A stretch of DNA of 64,000 nt from the NCBI GenBank assembly GCA_965637545.1, contig OZ281494.1:15314001-15378000 (forward strand), read 5' to 3'. The first letter of the stretch is position 1. Each line of letters begins with the position of its first letter. The translations under genes were made by a program, and so were the position numbers. This stretch comes from Phallusia mammillata. Its lineage: Eukaryota. This document shows positions 1 through 12,922 of this stretch, piece after piece. Below the pieces are notes generated by a model. It worked only from the letters and a program-made list of their open reading frames with translations. It did no database searches and was not told where the DNA came from.

Positions 1-93
1 TAGTAAGTTTTTTTTCCGACTGTCAATTTACATAAGGTGTGGTTGTTTGCCGGTAGCAAAGCACAGAGACGTATTTCAATATTATGTTGACAG

Positions 94-290
94 GTGACTC
101 AGTTGGAAACACTGAAACTACTTTTGTCCATTTGATGCCACCACCGAGCTACGAGGAAGTAGTAAAAGGTAACATCAACTTTGTTGTTTTTCTTTTCTGG
201 TCAGGTGCTTACAGAAAAGCGGAAGTCTATTGGTTGTTGCATCTAACACATGGCAGAATAAATAAAAGGATGGACAAGTCGTTTAACTGA
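94..290 (+). CDS. Possible last exons of an upstream gene, containing a PPxY (PY) motif
   Basis: Acceptor ttgacag ends at 93. Exon 94-168 reads DSVGNTETTFVHLMPPPSYEEVVK, with donor gtaac at 169. Two candidate acceptors follow: 204 gives GAYRKAEV...SFN* ending at 290; 214 gives EKRKSIGCCI* ending at 246. No family could be assigned. Confidence 0.3.
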
Positions 291-968
291 TGGTTGCACA
301 ACGCGAGACGAGGGCCGATTTTGTACCTTATAATTGAGTTACAAATACCACGCGATGCAATAGATGTTCGGTGGCTATAACTAAACTTAATGACTTCATG
401 TCAATAAACTCACTAGCGTATCGCCTTGTAGCTATTGATGTGCAATTTGGGTTGTGCACCTGGGTTTAACGTATTGCATATATTCAATATGAATTCAAGA
501 TATAATTGCTACAAGGCCGTTTCTAAAAATAAAATCATGTTAAAAAATGCTTCGGTGGTGAATGTTAAAGATGTTTAATGTATTCTTTTGTATAACCACC
601 ACAGTATTTTGTTAAACATGTTATCCAATAGGCATTAAACGCGAAAGAATTCAAGCTCCATGCCAGTCGGCAAGCTCGTTACGTCATCAACATGGTCGTC
701 ACGTTATGTACGTACGTCAACAGCGAGGATCAAACACACCTCGGGGCGCAAGGACTGTTTGTTGACATTGTTTTACAAACTTGTAAGTGTCGCCAAAGTG
801 TTTTTGTTTGTTTGTTACGATTACCGCACAATATCACCAATTTGAGTGAAAATACTGTGAAAGTGTTTGCCATTAAAACAGCTTTAACCAAAATAAGCCA
901 AAAAAGAGTTAGGGTTTCTTAGCTAGCCTCACGAAACTGATACTTATGAAACTAGTATATAACACAAA

Positions 969-3280
969 ACATGCCTGCTTACAACTAACAAGGCAAAGCA
1001 CACCAACGCGCGACGAGTAGTTTTTCGCCAAATCAAATAATTCAATTGTTCTTCGTATCAGCGGAAGTTTTCTGATTGTTCTTAAGTGCGGTCAGGAAGC
1101 CGTGCTGTCAGTAATCACCGATATGAACCACAAACGTCTTGTAAACAATAACTGCTTGTATGAAGTGTCTTAGGGTTTTGCTTTTTTTGTCGATTTGTTT
1201 TCATACAGAGCTACAAAACGTCCAACGTGCATTAAAAAATTCTAGAAACAGAACAACAGAAAGAAATGTCTAATGACTTCTAACTAGAAACAGGACTCTC
1301 TTAGACATTTTAATTTTGTGGGTTATACCTCGCTTTGATTAGTTTTTTTTTTAAATGTTGTAACATTTTAGAAAATATTTTTTGTGCGTACTTATAAACA
1401 GCTTGGTAATAGGCGCGTAGTAATTGTAAGATCAAAAAGCTCTTTAGGACATTTTTAAAGAATATGTTCGAGGTGTAGCGTTCCATTCAAGGCTTCTTGT
1501 GCCTATTGTCGTAGACTTCACAGAAGGGATTTAGAAGACAGACTGACACAACAACTTTTATGGAGTATAGTGCCAGCTTTTTTAACGTTGAACGCTGATT
1601 CATTTCTTAACTGCTTTATGTTTTTCGTTTTTCAAAACAGTAACCATGCTGTAAAAGTATTCTTGTGAGGTGATTTATTTTAACATGCGAATTGGAGATA
1701 TTCTTATAAGTTAACTTTTGTAAAAAATGTGTTTGTTTGCTACAATCAACACACGAGATCATTAATTCGTTTTTTGTGGACTTATTGTAGTATACTGTAA
1801 AAATTATTTGTCTTTATAACAGTCTTAATTAAGAAACAAAAACATAAAAAAACTAAGGTTTATTATTTAGTCCAGCGAACTGTTTTGATACCTACGAAAC
1901 CAGTAAGACACAAAACATTCATGCTTACAATTTAAAAAGCAAAGCACAATAACAAGCTATGAGTAGTTTTTCGCCGAATCAAATAATTTAATTGTTCTTA
2001 AGTGCAGACAGGAAGCCGTGCTGTCAGTTATCACAGATACGAGCAACAAATGTCTTGTAAACAATAACTGCTTGTACGAACTGCCGTAGAGGTTTGCTTG
2101 ATTTGCAGTTTTGTTACAATACAGGCCCAAGGATTTTGAATCAGCTATGCAAAGCGTCCAACGTGCATTAAAAAGAAAGAAACTTCTAATGACTTCTAAT
2201 TAGAAACAGGGCTCTCTGAGACATTTACAGTTTAGAAAAAAAAGTCTTAATAGGAGTTTGCTTGGTTTGTAGTTTCGTTATCATATGCAGGTTTTTTTTA
2301 AGGTTTGGTTTGGGTGACCGCTAAGTAGTTTTAAGAGACCGCAAGTGTTTCATTTAAATACCAAAAAATAGCCATATTTGCTAAACGAATTATTTATTAG
2401 GCTACTGGCAAATTTGGGGAAACCGCTGGAGAAATTTGGGGGACCGTTTCGGTCCCCCAAAACACCTTAAAAAAACACTGATCATATGTGTCCTGTTTCT
2501 TTAATTTAGGGCATTGGCTTAATGCTAGCATAAGCTTGTCAAGAAACTCAGGTACCGATCAAAATGTATTGTCAAATGGAATGAACCCAATACCGTCGTT
2601 TTCGCATCTTTGAGCGTTTAATCTCTTTTAAAAAATCAAAATGAAGCAAACACCTTGCCACAGTTTGCCCTTTCTTCCGAAAAACTGATATGATTAGTGC
2701 AACAGCAGCAAAAATAAATAGGAGAGATTTCCGCGAAAGTACAGATGTGTGAGCTACAACGCCAGCGTGCGAGCTCGAATTTGATTTTTGTGCGCATTTC
2801 GCTGCGCCAGCGTGGCAACTCGTGGGCGTACGTTAGTCGGCATTAAATCCTGTGTCCATTACAAAAATCCAGAAACAAAACAACAGAAACAGACTATTTC
2901 AAGCAGGGCTTTCTTGTAGATTTGATTTTTTAGAAAATATTTTTTCACTGTCGACTTATAAACGGTTTGACAATAGGCGCGTAGTTATTGTAAGATAAAA
3001 AAAAAACTTTTCGGGCTTTCGTGAAAAAAATTTTCGTGCTGTAGCGTTCCATTCAGGGCTTGCTGTGCCTATTGTCGTAGACTTCATGAAAGGGATTTGA
3101 AGACAGGCTAACACAACAGCTTTTGTGGTTTTGAGTGCCATTTTTATCGTGAAACGCTGATTCATTTCGTAACTGCTTTAGTTTATGCGTTAATAATTTT
3201 AAAACAGTTTAATAATTTAAATTTATACATTTATTAAAGTGGTTGATGCTAACATGCAAAGTGCAGGTATTCTTGTTATA
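969..3280. repeat. Degenerate tandem duplication of a roughly 750-bp non-coding unit (969-1710 versus 1915-3280, second copy interrupted)
   Basis: Collinear shared blocks: gagtagtttttcgcc.aatcaaataatt, ggaagccgtgctgtcagt, gtcttgtaaacaataactgcttgta, cgtccaacgtgcattaaaaa, taggcgcgtagt.attgtaagat, gtgcctattgtcgtagacttca and aacgctgattcatttc. The second copy is split by the 2288-2480 MITE and other DNA. Confidence 0.8.
2288..2480. mobile_element. hAT-type MITE, 193 bp
   Basis: Imperfect TIR CAGGTTTTTTTTAAGGT / ACCTTAAAAAAACACTG. Perfect 8-bp TSD ATCATATG at 2280-2287 and 2481-2488. Confidence 0.8.
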
Positions 3281-3399
3281 TTTAATTATATTTTAAATAT
3301 TAATCTTTAGTTTTTGTATATAGTGCCAAATCTGTAACACAGGTAGTCTTCAAGTGACAAGCTACTGTTGCAAGGTGCATTTTTGCTGGTAAACGCGAA

Positions 3400-6300
3400 A
3401 TGTTACCAAAATGCCCGTCGTTCTCTAAACTGAGCAATAGTCAGCAACGAATCCTAGTAGTTTTATTATTGGGATCCTTGGTTGTTTTGTGGTTCGCAAA
3501 CTCGTGGATGCCGGTAAGCTAAAGCAGGAAATAATACTTATATCAAAAGTAAAGAGAATTTTTTGTCGTAATTATGTAAACTAATTTGATATTAATCTTT
3601 AACCCACTATATCCTTCTAAACTTTTTTTAGAAACTACAGACACCAATTTTCATTTGGGTCGAGAGGGAATGGGTGCAAAAAGAAGTAAGTAATTTACAA
3701 TCGGCCAATTGTTGGTACCAACCTGGTAATTTGTACAGATTAATATGGCGATGAGCCGTAACGAACCTGACCTTGATAATGCCGCAGTTCAAAAACATTT
3801 CGATTGGCCTGTGCCACCCATTTCCTACAAACACCTAAATGAGGCAACTGATGGATCAAAGTCAATCTATTACAGGCTCAAGTCGAAAAAGGATACAAAC
3901 AAATACAAGGTATATAGGTCTATCAAAAGAAAAATATAATCCTATTTGTTGTTTTTTGGGTTATTCTATGAGGACAAAGGTGTAGTAAATGCTCTTCTTA
4001 ATCTGCTCAACAACACCGTGTTTGTGTTGGTAAACTTTCGTGTAGCGTGTTGGTCGTGGTAACGATCAGCCTCATTTGAATCATAAAAGATCAGTTCACT
4101 GTAGCTATACGTTGTTGTGGTATAACTTCGGTGTCTGCTGAATGAACTTAATATGAACCCTTCCCTTGGTGGGAGTTCAAAATAGTCTATTATATAGGCC
4201 AAAGAATCTAGCGCACCAGTCTCTGTACACGTTTCTATAGAAATCTTGATAAATCAATGTCATGAATCTCGATAAACATTGGTTTTGCACCTAAGCTTGT
4301 TTATTGTCTAATTCAGCCAGTGTGCTTACTCGAAATAGAAGTCTTTAGAAAGTACAATAACATTTGCTTTTAAATTCAAGTTCTCCTGGCAAACACACAT
4401 TACTATAAGTAAGCCATTAGGAGTTATAACTGCTGTCAGGTTAGAGCCGATTGTCTTTAATTACGTAGCGGTACGCATAAATTATGGGTAGCCTACGTGG
4501 CGTATTACTGCACACCTGTGCTCTTGCGATTGGCTCTTGCTCAAAAATTCTATCAAAGACGATATCCAAACATAACACAGTACCAAGCACAAAGCTCCGA
4601 ATTATCTACATCCGACTTAAATGCAACAAGAAATATTTCAAAGTTCAAACACGATTTAGCAATCCAGTTGAATAAAACCCCTGCACCATTTGACTTCCTT
4701 GTGAGCTTTTTTTAATTACGTAAGCTAATTTTCGAAATTTGCACAATTTAGCGCAACCGCTGCAATACTATTGGCCTGCAGTGAAGCAATACATTTGAGC
4801 GTTTCTGACAATTGGGGTCGCGAAAGATTATGCGTTATTATGTCGTTGTCACAATAAATGGTATACGTGCGTGCAAAATTGTTTTCTGGGCCGGTTTTTG
4901 TCATCGTTAAGTTGTTGTTATGCCTTTGTCCTTAATAGCTTGGCTATCTGCACTATGCCATTGATATTGTTAAAGTAGTTATGACATCACAACGAATTAT
5001 TTTTACCTAACATTTTACGTTCCAGTAGGTTTTTGCTATATTTGTGTTGTGTGAAGCGGGATTCTCAAGATTGGTGATCATTAAGGCCAAATACCGATCC
5101 TCTTTAAATAATGTTGAGGATGTTCTTCGTCCTGCTTTGTCTTGTATCAAGCCACGAATGGATGACTTATGTAAAAATCATCAAACGCATCCATCCCATT
5201 AAACGTGCTTCATAAATTTTATAAGCCAATTTTTTTTGTAATTGGTTATTCGTGTTACTGAATACATTCGTTGTTCACAAAAAAGCCACTTTAGATTTGC
5301 AATGCGACGTTTATTTTTAATGGTCGTTTATTGTACATCATTTACGTATACTAGCTATACCTATCAAGGGGTCGCGTAGAAATTTCTTTTCAAAAATGGG
5401 GTCGCAGAGGAAGAAAGTTTGAGAAGCCCTGCTCTAAAATATCTTTTAAATCAACAAGCGCTCTGCGAATCACGCGTACTTACCTATTCCTGAAACCAAT
5501 TCGTTTGGGCTTCACACTACGGTCGTGTGACACAATCGCCCTGTTCGAAACTAACGTAGTTTACATTTTCGAAGATCATATATGTTGTGTTGCAGTTGGG
5601 CGACGTTGTGAAGATTCGTATTGTGGCGTACAATGGAAAGAAAGAAAGAAAAACCTACGGTGGAGATTTCTGGAGGGTGTTGCTGAAGTCTCCAGACCTA
5701 AAAAGCAGCATCCACGGAAGTGTGACTGATCATCTTGACGGCACCTATACCGGTTAGTGCTCGATTTGTTTTTGTAGTTGGAAGCATAACTCAATTAGGC
5801 AACCTTTTCAAAAATTTGTTGGGCAACCCTTGTGTATTTTTCCAATTTAGGAAACCCTTGCATATTTTCTTAAAGCTGGAACCCAGAGTACTGGTGACCC
5901 CTGTAGATTTTACCAAGTTAAGTTTGCAATATAAAATTAGGAAACAATGATGGAATGCATTAACGATGAGCTTTTCTCTAATTCCAGATGCACAATTAAA
6001 TAGAAAGTGTGTTTTTCTGAAATAAGACTGTTTTTAGCTTCAATTCCGCTGCGATTTCCCGGCAAGGCTATTCTTACTGTGGCCCTCATCCATTCTAGTG
6101 AGGCGGTGGATAAGCTCAGGCGCGTAACTTCCACGCCTACATCACCCGGCCTGGAATTCGAAGCACAGTTTGAAGTAAAGAGTGGAACTACGTGGAAGCA
6201 ATGCAATACGTGGTTACCGTCTCTTAAAAGTCACATGCCCTCCGACTTTTGCAACTTAACTTCACCGACCAATGGGGAGCCCTGGATATGTGAGAAGCCT

Positions 6301-7556
6301 TCGGGTTCTGCTTGTGGTAAGGTGCTAATGTACAAAGCAATAAGAACAAACGACGCTCAAGCTGCTCTGAGGGACACCGGACTTTTCGTCTTGTAAGTGA
6401 CCTGACGTGAGAGCTGCCGGTAGAGAGTTATATCGCCTCTCATGCTCATTTTGTTTTCATTAATTAATTATTGCTGTTTGTAAAAAACTTGAGTTTCGAT
6501 CATTTTGCCTTTCAGAGGAAAAACCTTGCGGGTTCCCATTGGCCAACCAACAGCAATTTATGTTTCATCAGAAAATGGAGCAAGTAAGAGGCATTAACAA
6601 AGCCTTGTTTTGTAAAACGACAATGCTGTTACTGTTATCACTAGTTTTTGATGCACGAATTAATACCTTTATGATTTGTGTACATATATCAAAATTATGT
6701 TTATGTATTTTTTTCAGACATTCCGCATCTTCCACCTTGTACAATCAAAGCCTCCGGCGTGAAATCACCTGTACCAGCTGGATATTTTATTAACGACCAA
6801 TGGAAGTCACTTCATTGCAGGAATAAAGTTTTCCCAGACGTGCGTACGGAAGCTAAGTGTCTTCGCAACAAGTCAATCCATATACTGGGAGATTCCACTA
6901 TTCGCCAGTGGTACGGACGCTTCATACTTCCTGGTCTGCTTAAATCTGTGCACAAAGTAAAGACTTGGGTTGACGATTCACTGCATAAATACCGAGGCGT
7001 AGAAGCTTTCGAAACCGACCCCCCTGCCAATCCTTGGGAACCTAGGGAAGCCTATGACCAGAATCACAACGTGGCATTTTACTTCGCGGCTCATGGACCA
7101 CCTTTACAAAACGGAGGACCACCGACGACGATGCCCTACATATCGGACAGAATAGATAAAATCGAGGGCGGTAAAAACACTGTGGTAACGATCACTATTG
7201 GATTTCATCTTCTACTATACGAACCCTATACTTATGTTAGGCGAATGAGGACAATAGCCAATGCAATTCAGCGTCTTTTGCAGCGTGCTCCTGACACTCT
7301 TGTGGTGTACAAAGGTTTAAACACGTTTACGATGGATGAAATATACCCATCTCCATGCTGCTTATCCGAATGGCTCGCTTATCGCTACAACGAAATCGCG
7401 CGGAGTATTTTGAGCAGCCTGCCAGTGGTTTTTCTGGATTGTTGGGACATGACAATTGCACACTACTCCTCATCTGACAACCTGCATCCCCTAACTCCGA
7501 TTATCGAAAGTGAAGTCCAACTCTTGTTGTCGTATATGTGTCCACACGACGAGTGA
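3400..7556 (+). CDS. NXPE: NXPE-family protein (neurexophilin and PC-esterase domain; SGNH-type acetyltransferase/esterase), about 585 aa, type II membrane
   Basis: Exons 3400-3513, 3632-3685, 3739-3909, 5596-5752, 6038-6392, 6516-6583 and 6718-7556, all GT-AG and frame-continuous (1758 nt). N-terminal anchor ILVVLLLGSLVVLWFA. NXPE motifs KTYGGDFWRV, VTDHLDGTY, LIHSSEAV, GEPWICEKP, ILGDSTIRQW (catalytic Ser) and SDNLHP (DxxH). Confidence 0.92.
4797..5431 (+). mobile_element. Internally deleted hAT (Buster/Charlie-like) DNA transposon in NXPE intron 3
   Basis: Right TIR-like end tttgagaagccctg with subterminal ggggtcgc motifs. Degenerate left end gagcgtttctgacaattggggtcgcg. Contains a transposase C-terminal remnant. 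A matching TSD pair was not found. Confidence 0.7.
5032..5202 (+). pseudogene. C-terminal remnant of a Buster/Charlie-type hAT transposase
   Basis: Translates FAIFVLCEAGFSRLVIIKAKYRSSLNNVEDVLRPALSCIKPRMDDLCKNHQTHPSH*, matching the CE.GFS...K.KYR..L and terminal Q.HPSH* signature of this family. Confidence 0.85.
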
Positions 7557-10500
7557 AATCAAGTTTGAACAACTAAGCTTATTTATGCATTTCATAACCT
7601 CTTTGACACAACTTTTAGGCATTTCATTATAGGTATAATTATATTTTTACGTGCTGTTGGCCGTGTGGTTTGTGTGCGTGTCAGTATTGAAAACAGAATA
7701 TGCAGACAACTGTCAATGTTTCGCAAACACCTCAGTTTGGTTTAATAAATAATATTTGTTTACATGTTTGGTAGTAATTAATAAAAAGTTGATTATGCGC
7801 TGGTAAAAAAATGTGTAAAATAGACATACAACACAGAAAATAGAAGAAATATAGGCAAGTATTGTTGGAAACGTAGAAAAGTCGGCTTTTACATTTGTCA
7901 TGAAACAGATTTGAGGGATTGGAGCGCTGTAAGCAAAAGTTCGAATATGTTTGTAGAAATGTGAGGGTGCTCAATACGAAGCACAAAAGCCACTAAAACA
8001 ACAATCAGTTTGGGGTTAGTTTTGGACACGATTTGGGCGTTAACTGGGCTTTTGTCTGTTCTGTTTCAATGGGGTCAAAATGTGCCGTGAAAACAAGTTA
8101 GAAAGTTTTTCGGGGTGTATTACCTTTTACTAAAACTAAAGTAATTGTAAAACTTGATATACTCTGGTAGAATTAAACAATGAAATCAACTGATTTATGT
8201 ATAAACAAGCAGCAGTGACCAAGATTCTGTTAAAAATACTTAACCTACACTATTAAAAGGGTGGTAGCCTACATATATCGTCATTTACACTTTTTGAAAA
8301 CCCAACACTTAAAACCGTATTTCATATAAATTTGCCCCTCTCAAATGTTTGTATCTAGCTATCGTCATAATGAAAAAGGAGATTCTTATAAATTATCTAG
8401 CTTCGTAGAGAAACGGCGTCCTATTTTTGGTCAGCGATTTTAAACATTGTAAATTTGCAACAAATTCAACAAACACCATATGATATTTGGTAAAGGCATT
8501 TAACTCATGTCTGTATCTACAATCAACGTCATTAATCAAGTACAGGCTACATCATGTGTAAATCACATACGTTTCTGAAAACAATTAAATGTAATTTTGT
8601 TAATGTCAACCCGGCATAATAAATTAAAAATGGTAACGTTTTTTGATGTAACCGAGTTTCGATTGGGATCCTTACCAATATGAAGTCCTGCATGTCTCAC
8701 AAGCCTGTGTAAACCACACAGGAATTGACTAATATAAAGAGTCAGCCTGTGAAATCTGTATGACTGCCAGTAGCTAACAATATTCCTAAACTCTTCTTCG
8801 TTAATCACAGTTGCTTGGGAATTACGCAATATGTAGTGCAATCGCTCACCTAATTTTTTTTTGTGTATTCAAAACAAAAAGCAATATATGTTGCAAATAA
8901 TTACAAAGTTTTCGTTCGGTTTAATTTAGGGCGTCGCACAACGAACAGTATGATGTAGTGCATGATATTTATCCACCAAATTACAATGACGAGCCACCGT
9001 TACCAACAAATCGATACTGACCTGTTTTAGCTCGTTTGGGAAACCCTAAGGTCTCCTTGGTGTCTTTAAAATGCTTTCGTTCCGCTCAGAAGTAGTCCTT
9101 TCACATCTAGTTTCGCAGATAAAAAGATGACCCTTGACCCACTGCAGAATATTTCGTTTTGCCCAAAGGACATCGGAACACGTGGTTTAATGAAAAACGG
9201 TTAACCAGTTGGTATCAGTAACGACTCGAAAACGCTGTAGCGTTGCAAGTAGTAAAATAATGCCCTTTTGGTTCTGCAGTGCGGGTTTTATACAAGTTTG
9301 TAGTTTATCAGACTAGTTTATCAGTCTGTCGTGTTTCAAATCCTCAGAAATTAATGTTTAAAATTTTATCTAAAGTGGTTTATACAAGCATTTTTAGCCA
9401 CTGCTGTGTTGTGACAAATGGAAAATTCCAAGTGCGTTGAATTAATTTCTGATAATAGCTTATCCGATATGTTAGCGATTAGTGACCAAATGTGGGTGTG
9501 CATGAGAACGAATAACGTGAAGTGATCTTATTTGTTTTTTATTTCTGTCTCACTCATCACAACATTGTTGCAACTGAACTTTTCTTATCTGTATTTATTT
9601 TTACCCTGCAAATTGTTTTGTTGTTTGTGAGTCCCAACTTAAAAAATTTGGGAAACATTGATTTAAACAATAACGCTGGTAAAATGTTATTACATACATA
9701 TGTTTGGTTTTAAAGAAGTCAGTGCAAAGTTTTAGTGCAGGATATTACTATTTCTCTTTGCATTCCAACTTCTTAAGAGTCTTGCAGCTATTTAAGCGTG
9801 ATCATCGAATTTAACAAGATTAAATACGAGGGCTTTTAAACCTCGTGACCGCTTCGGAAATTAAGTTACAGGAAACACTTATGAAAGTCGAATAATCGGT
9901 TTACTATATTTACCCCATTTTGTACGCATAATTTCAAGTGCTTTGCTGCGGATCTCGACATATGGGCTACTGAACGCAGGGTATACAAGACAGTTCGGAA
10001 GTCAGCACCGTTTTTTAACAAATAAACTTAAAGCGAAAAAAGAAAAACTTTGATGTGTACATAAAAGGTACATACAGAGATAAGTACTCTTGAGGGTAAA
10101 TAAATTTATGGTAACGCCTGTGAAGTCCTGGTTATTAAAATTGACGTACATCTGTCGCACGCCAATAAATGACGCAACTCAGTAAATACAAGTGGGAATT
10201 CCATGCAGTTATGTGACATATTTCCGCCTGACGATTCTTCGAGGAGACACATATGCGTGACGTAACATATAGTCTTCGGGGAGTAGTTCGTTCGAATAAC
10301 TGGATAGCGGCGCTCACCAAACAAGACATAAAACGGTAAACGCTCCATGGACTGATTTAAGACGATTTGAAACGTACACTGAAATCCCATCAAATACGGT
10401 TTACCAAATGCTTTATTGAAATCTGACATTAGTAATTAACGTACATTAGTCGACATGGTGTACATGTTAAATTACAGCTTGATGTTGTATATCTCTTCCA

Positions 10501-12922
10501 AGAATTTAAGTTACAAGAGGCAATAAGGTTAGCATGACGCCATGGATAGAAACGTTCATAAGTTCATTAGACACGGTTTCGATGTAAAAACAAGGTCAGA
10601 CAATGAAACGTCGAATGTTTTGTTACTAGTTTTCGCTCTACCAGATTAACAACGCATTTCTATGTATACAAGATGTGACATTCTGACTCACCGCTCCAAC
10701 ACACAGAAAAACAAACGCGAATTAAAGTTCGTTAATGTGGAATGCATTAACTTGAGGGAGTAATGTTACTATTCTCCACATCCATATTTGTCATTGGGTC
10801 AACACAGACTCCCTCGAATTTTATTCAAACATGCTTCGGACTAATCCAACACATTATGTTTTTTTCGTTTTGAAAGGCTTACCTTACAACGTTTTTGTCC
10901 AAGTTTAAAGTTAAATAAACAGCGCAAAGACCCTCTTTATAAGCGAATGTTGTTCAGGCTTTGTCGTCATAGCGCGGAAGGGCTCAGTTTTATTTCTAAA
11001 CACTAAAAAATTTTCTATTTCAAAAGCCTAGGTTTTAGCAAGAAATTTTAAGACGCGATCATCGTGCACGTTAGTTTTCTATTTGCTTACACGGTTCACT
11101 TCCCATTTTTTAAGACACATGGGAAACTAAACATCTCAAAATCGACAGACAGGTGAGGTTTAGAGAAAAACATGCAGCAACTCACATAGAAACAATATCG
11201 AACACGCGTGGTGATAAGGAGCAGCGGTTCGTCAGATAACGCCAGTCAGCGCTCACGTCTCCCGTTTTTCTCTGTTCATGTCTGGTTTCGCATTCCTATT
11301 ACAGTATCACGTCGCGCTGAACGTAGTAAGTGGTCCTCCCCCGAGGAGTGGTGACACGTTGTGTTTGACTGTGTCTAGGCGACCGGCAGGTTTAGTTACA
11401 TGGTAGAATCTATCATGTTACTCTATTTGACTTAGGGTTTGTCTATACTTGAGAAAGTGTACTGCTCTTCAGAATGAAACAGAAACCATGTGTTGCGTAA
11501 TTTATTCGTTTCAGAAACTCATTCACACCAGACAGTGTGCGCTGTGCGGCAAAGACCACAGCTGTGTATTGCGAAGACCGTGAATGTTAGCTAGACTTTA
11601 GCCAGCACACATGAGCAATAGATCGCTAAACAAACAGAATTGTTAAAAGAAACAAAACTGAGTTCCCATCAGCAGCAAACAGTTTGCGTGTTTTTTTATA
11701 CGTTGCTTTAGGCAGCCAAACTCGTTCCAAGTCGACAAGCATAGTACTGTGGGCACAGTTTGTGCCTGCTGCAGTAGCGGTTATTGATTTTTGCCTGTCA
11801 GTACAGTGGAAGCGGATAAATGACTGTTGTGCGGGTAAATGCGGCCACTGATTAAGCGTGGTTGGATTTGTCGCACTTCCTGCCCGATGCGTTGGTAACA
11901 GACTACCACACTGTCACTGTGCCCTTCACTGACACCGATGCTTAACGTGTGTCTTGAAGCTGATTGAAAACTGTAGATTTAACAGGTAACGAGTTATGAG
12001 TGACAGTTAAGCTTTTACAATATGCAAGGATGTAAGCGACACGACCTTTTCGTGAAAGAAAGCTGAAAGATATATGCCGGTAACGACAGACGAGTTAACG
12101 CAACAAACGACTAGACAAGGCAAATTGTTGCCTCTTATTCGGATTGTATCAGTAATAGGTCGTTTGCTGGTATGTATAGTCTAGTGAATGGTAGAGGCAC
12201 TGTGGTCGGCAGCAATTTTAAATTGGCCATTTCCTGTTTCAGCTGTTGTTGTGTTAGCATACTTTTTGACGTCACAACAAAAACATTACAAGAAGGACCT
12301 GCTTTTTTGGCAAGTTTCTCATTTATATTTTGGCAGGCGTTCTTTTTTGTCCTGGCTATGTAACAAGTCTACACCACTTCCACCAACATAACATTATTCA
12401 CTCACAAAAAAACACAGAAGCGCTGTCGTTGGTAACGCGGAAGTTGTAATGCTCAGGCGCTGGTGACGCTTATAGGACAGATATAACCTACTCAGTTCGT
12501 CCTCTGTGAATAGTTGAAACCTTCTGAGGTAATGTGATAGTTTGAAGCAACCTTTGCCCACTGTTCTATAATAAGGCTAGGTTACGTAACAGCATGACCA
12601 TTGACCAGGTCACAGAACATCACAATGAAAGCTTGTAACCCTTATGTGACATGTTGTTATTCAAAACCGCTGTGAACTTGCCAAACGTGACTTACCTTTA
12701 GCAAAGAGTACACATGGCCGGCACAAAGACATACAACGACTATGTAAACAGAGCAGATAAAGACTAAGTCTAGTGTTGGTGATTGCGTATTGGGTTTACC
12801 TCGACTTCAAAGTTGTTGCGCGTAGTCAGCCACAAACAGTGCTTGTACCCTTACTTATGTGTTCACAGAGCTAAGGGTGGTAGCGTACGAGAGACACATA
12901 AAATTGAATATAGGGCGTCTAC

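Noticed and set aside
8563-10429. Minus-strand ORFs at 8563-8841 and 10106-10429
   Set aside because: No recognisable motifs, and I could not link them into a consistent spliced gene.
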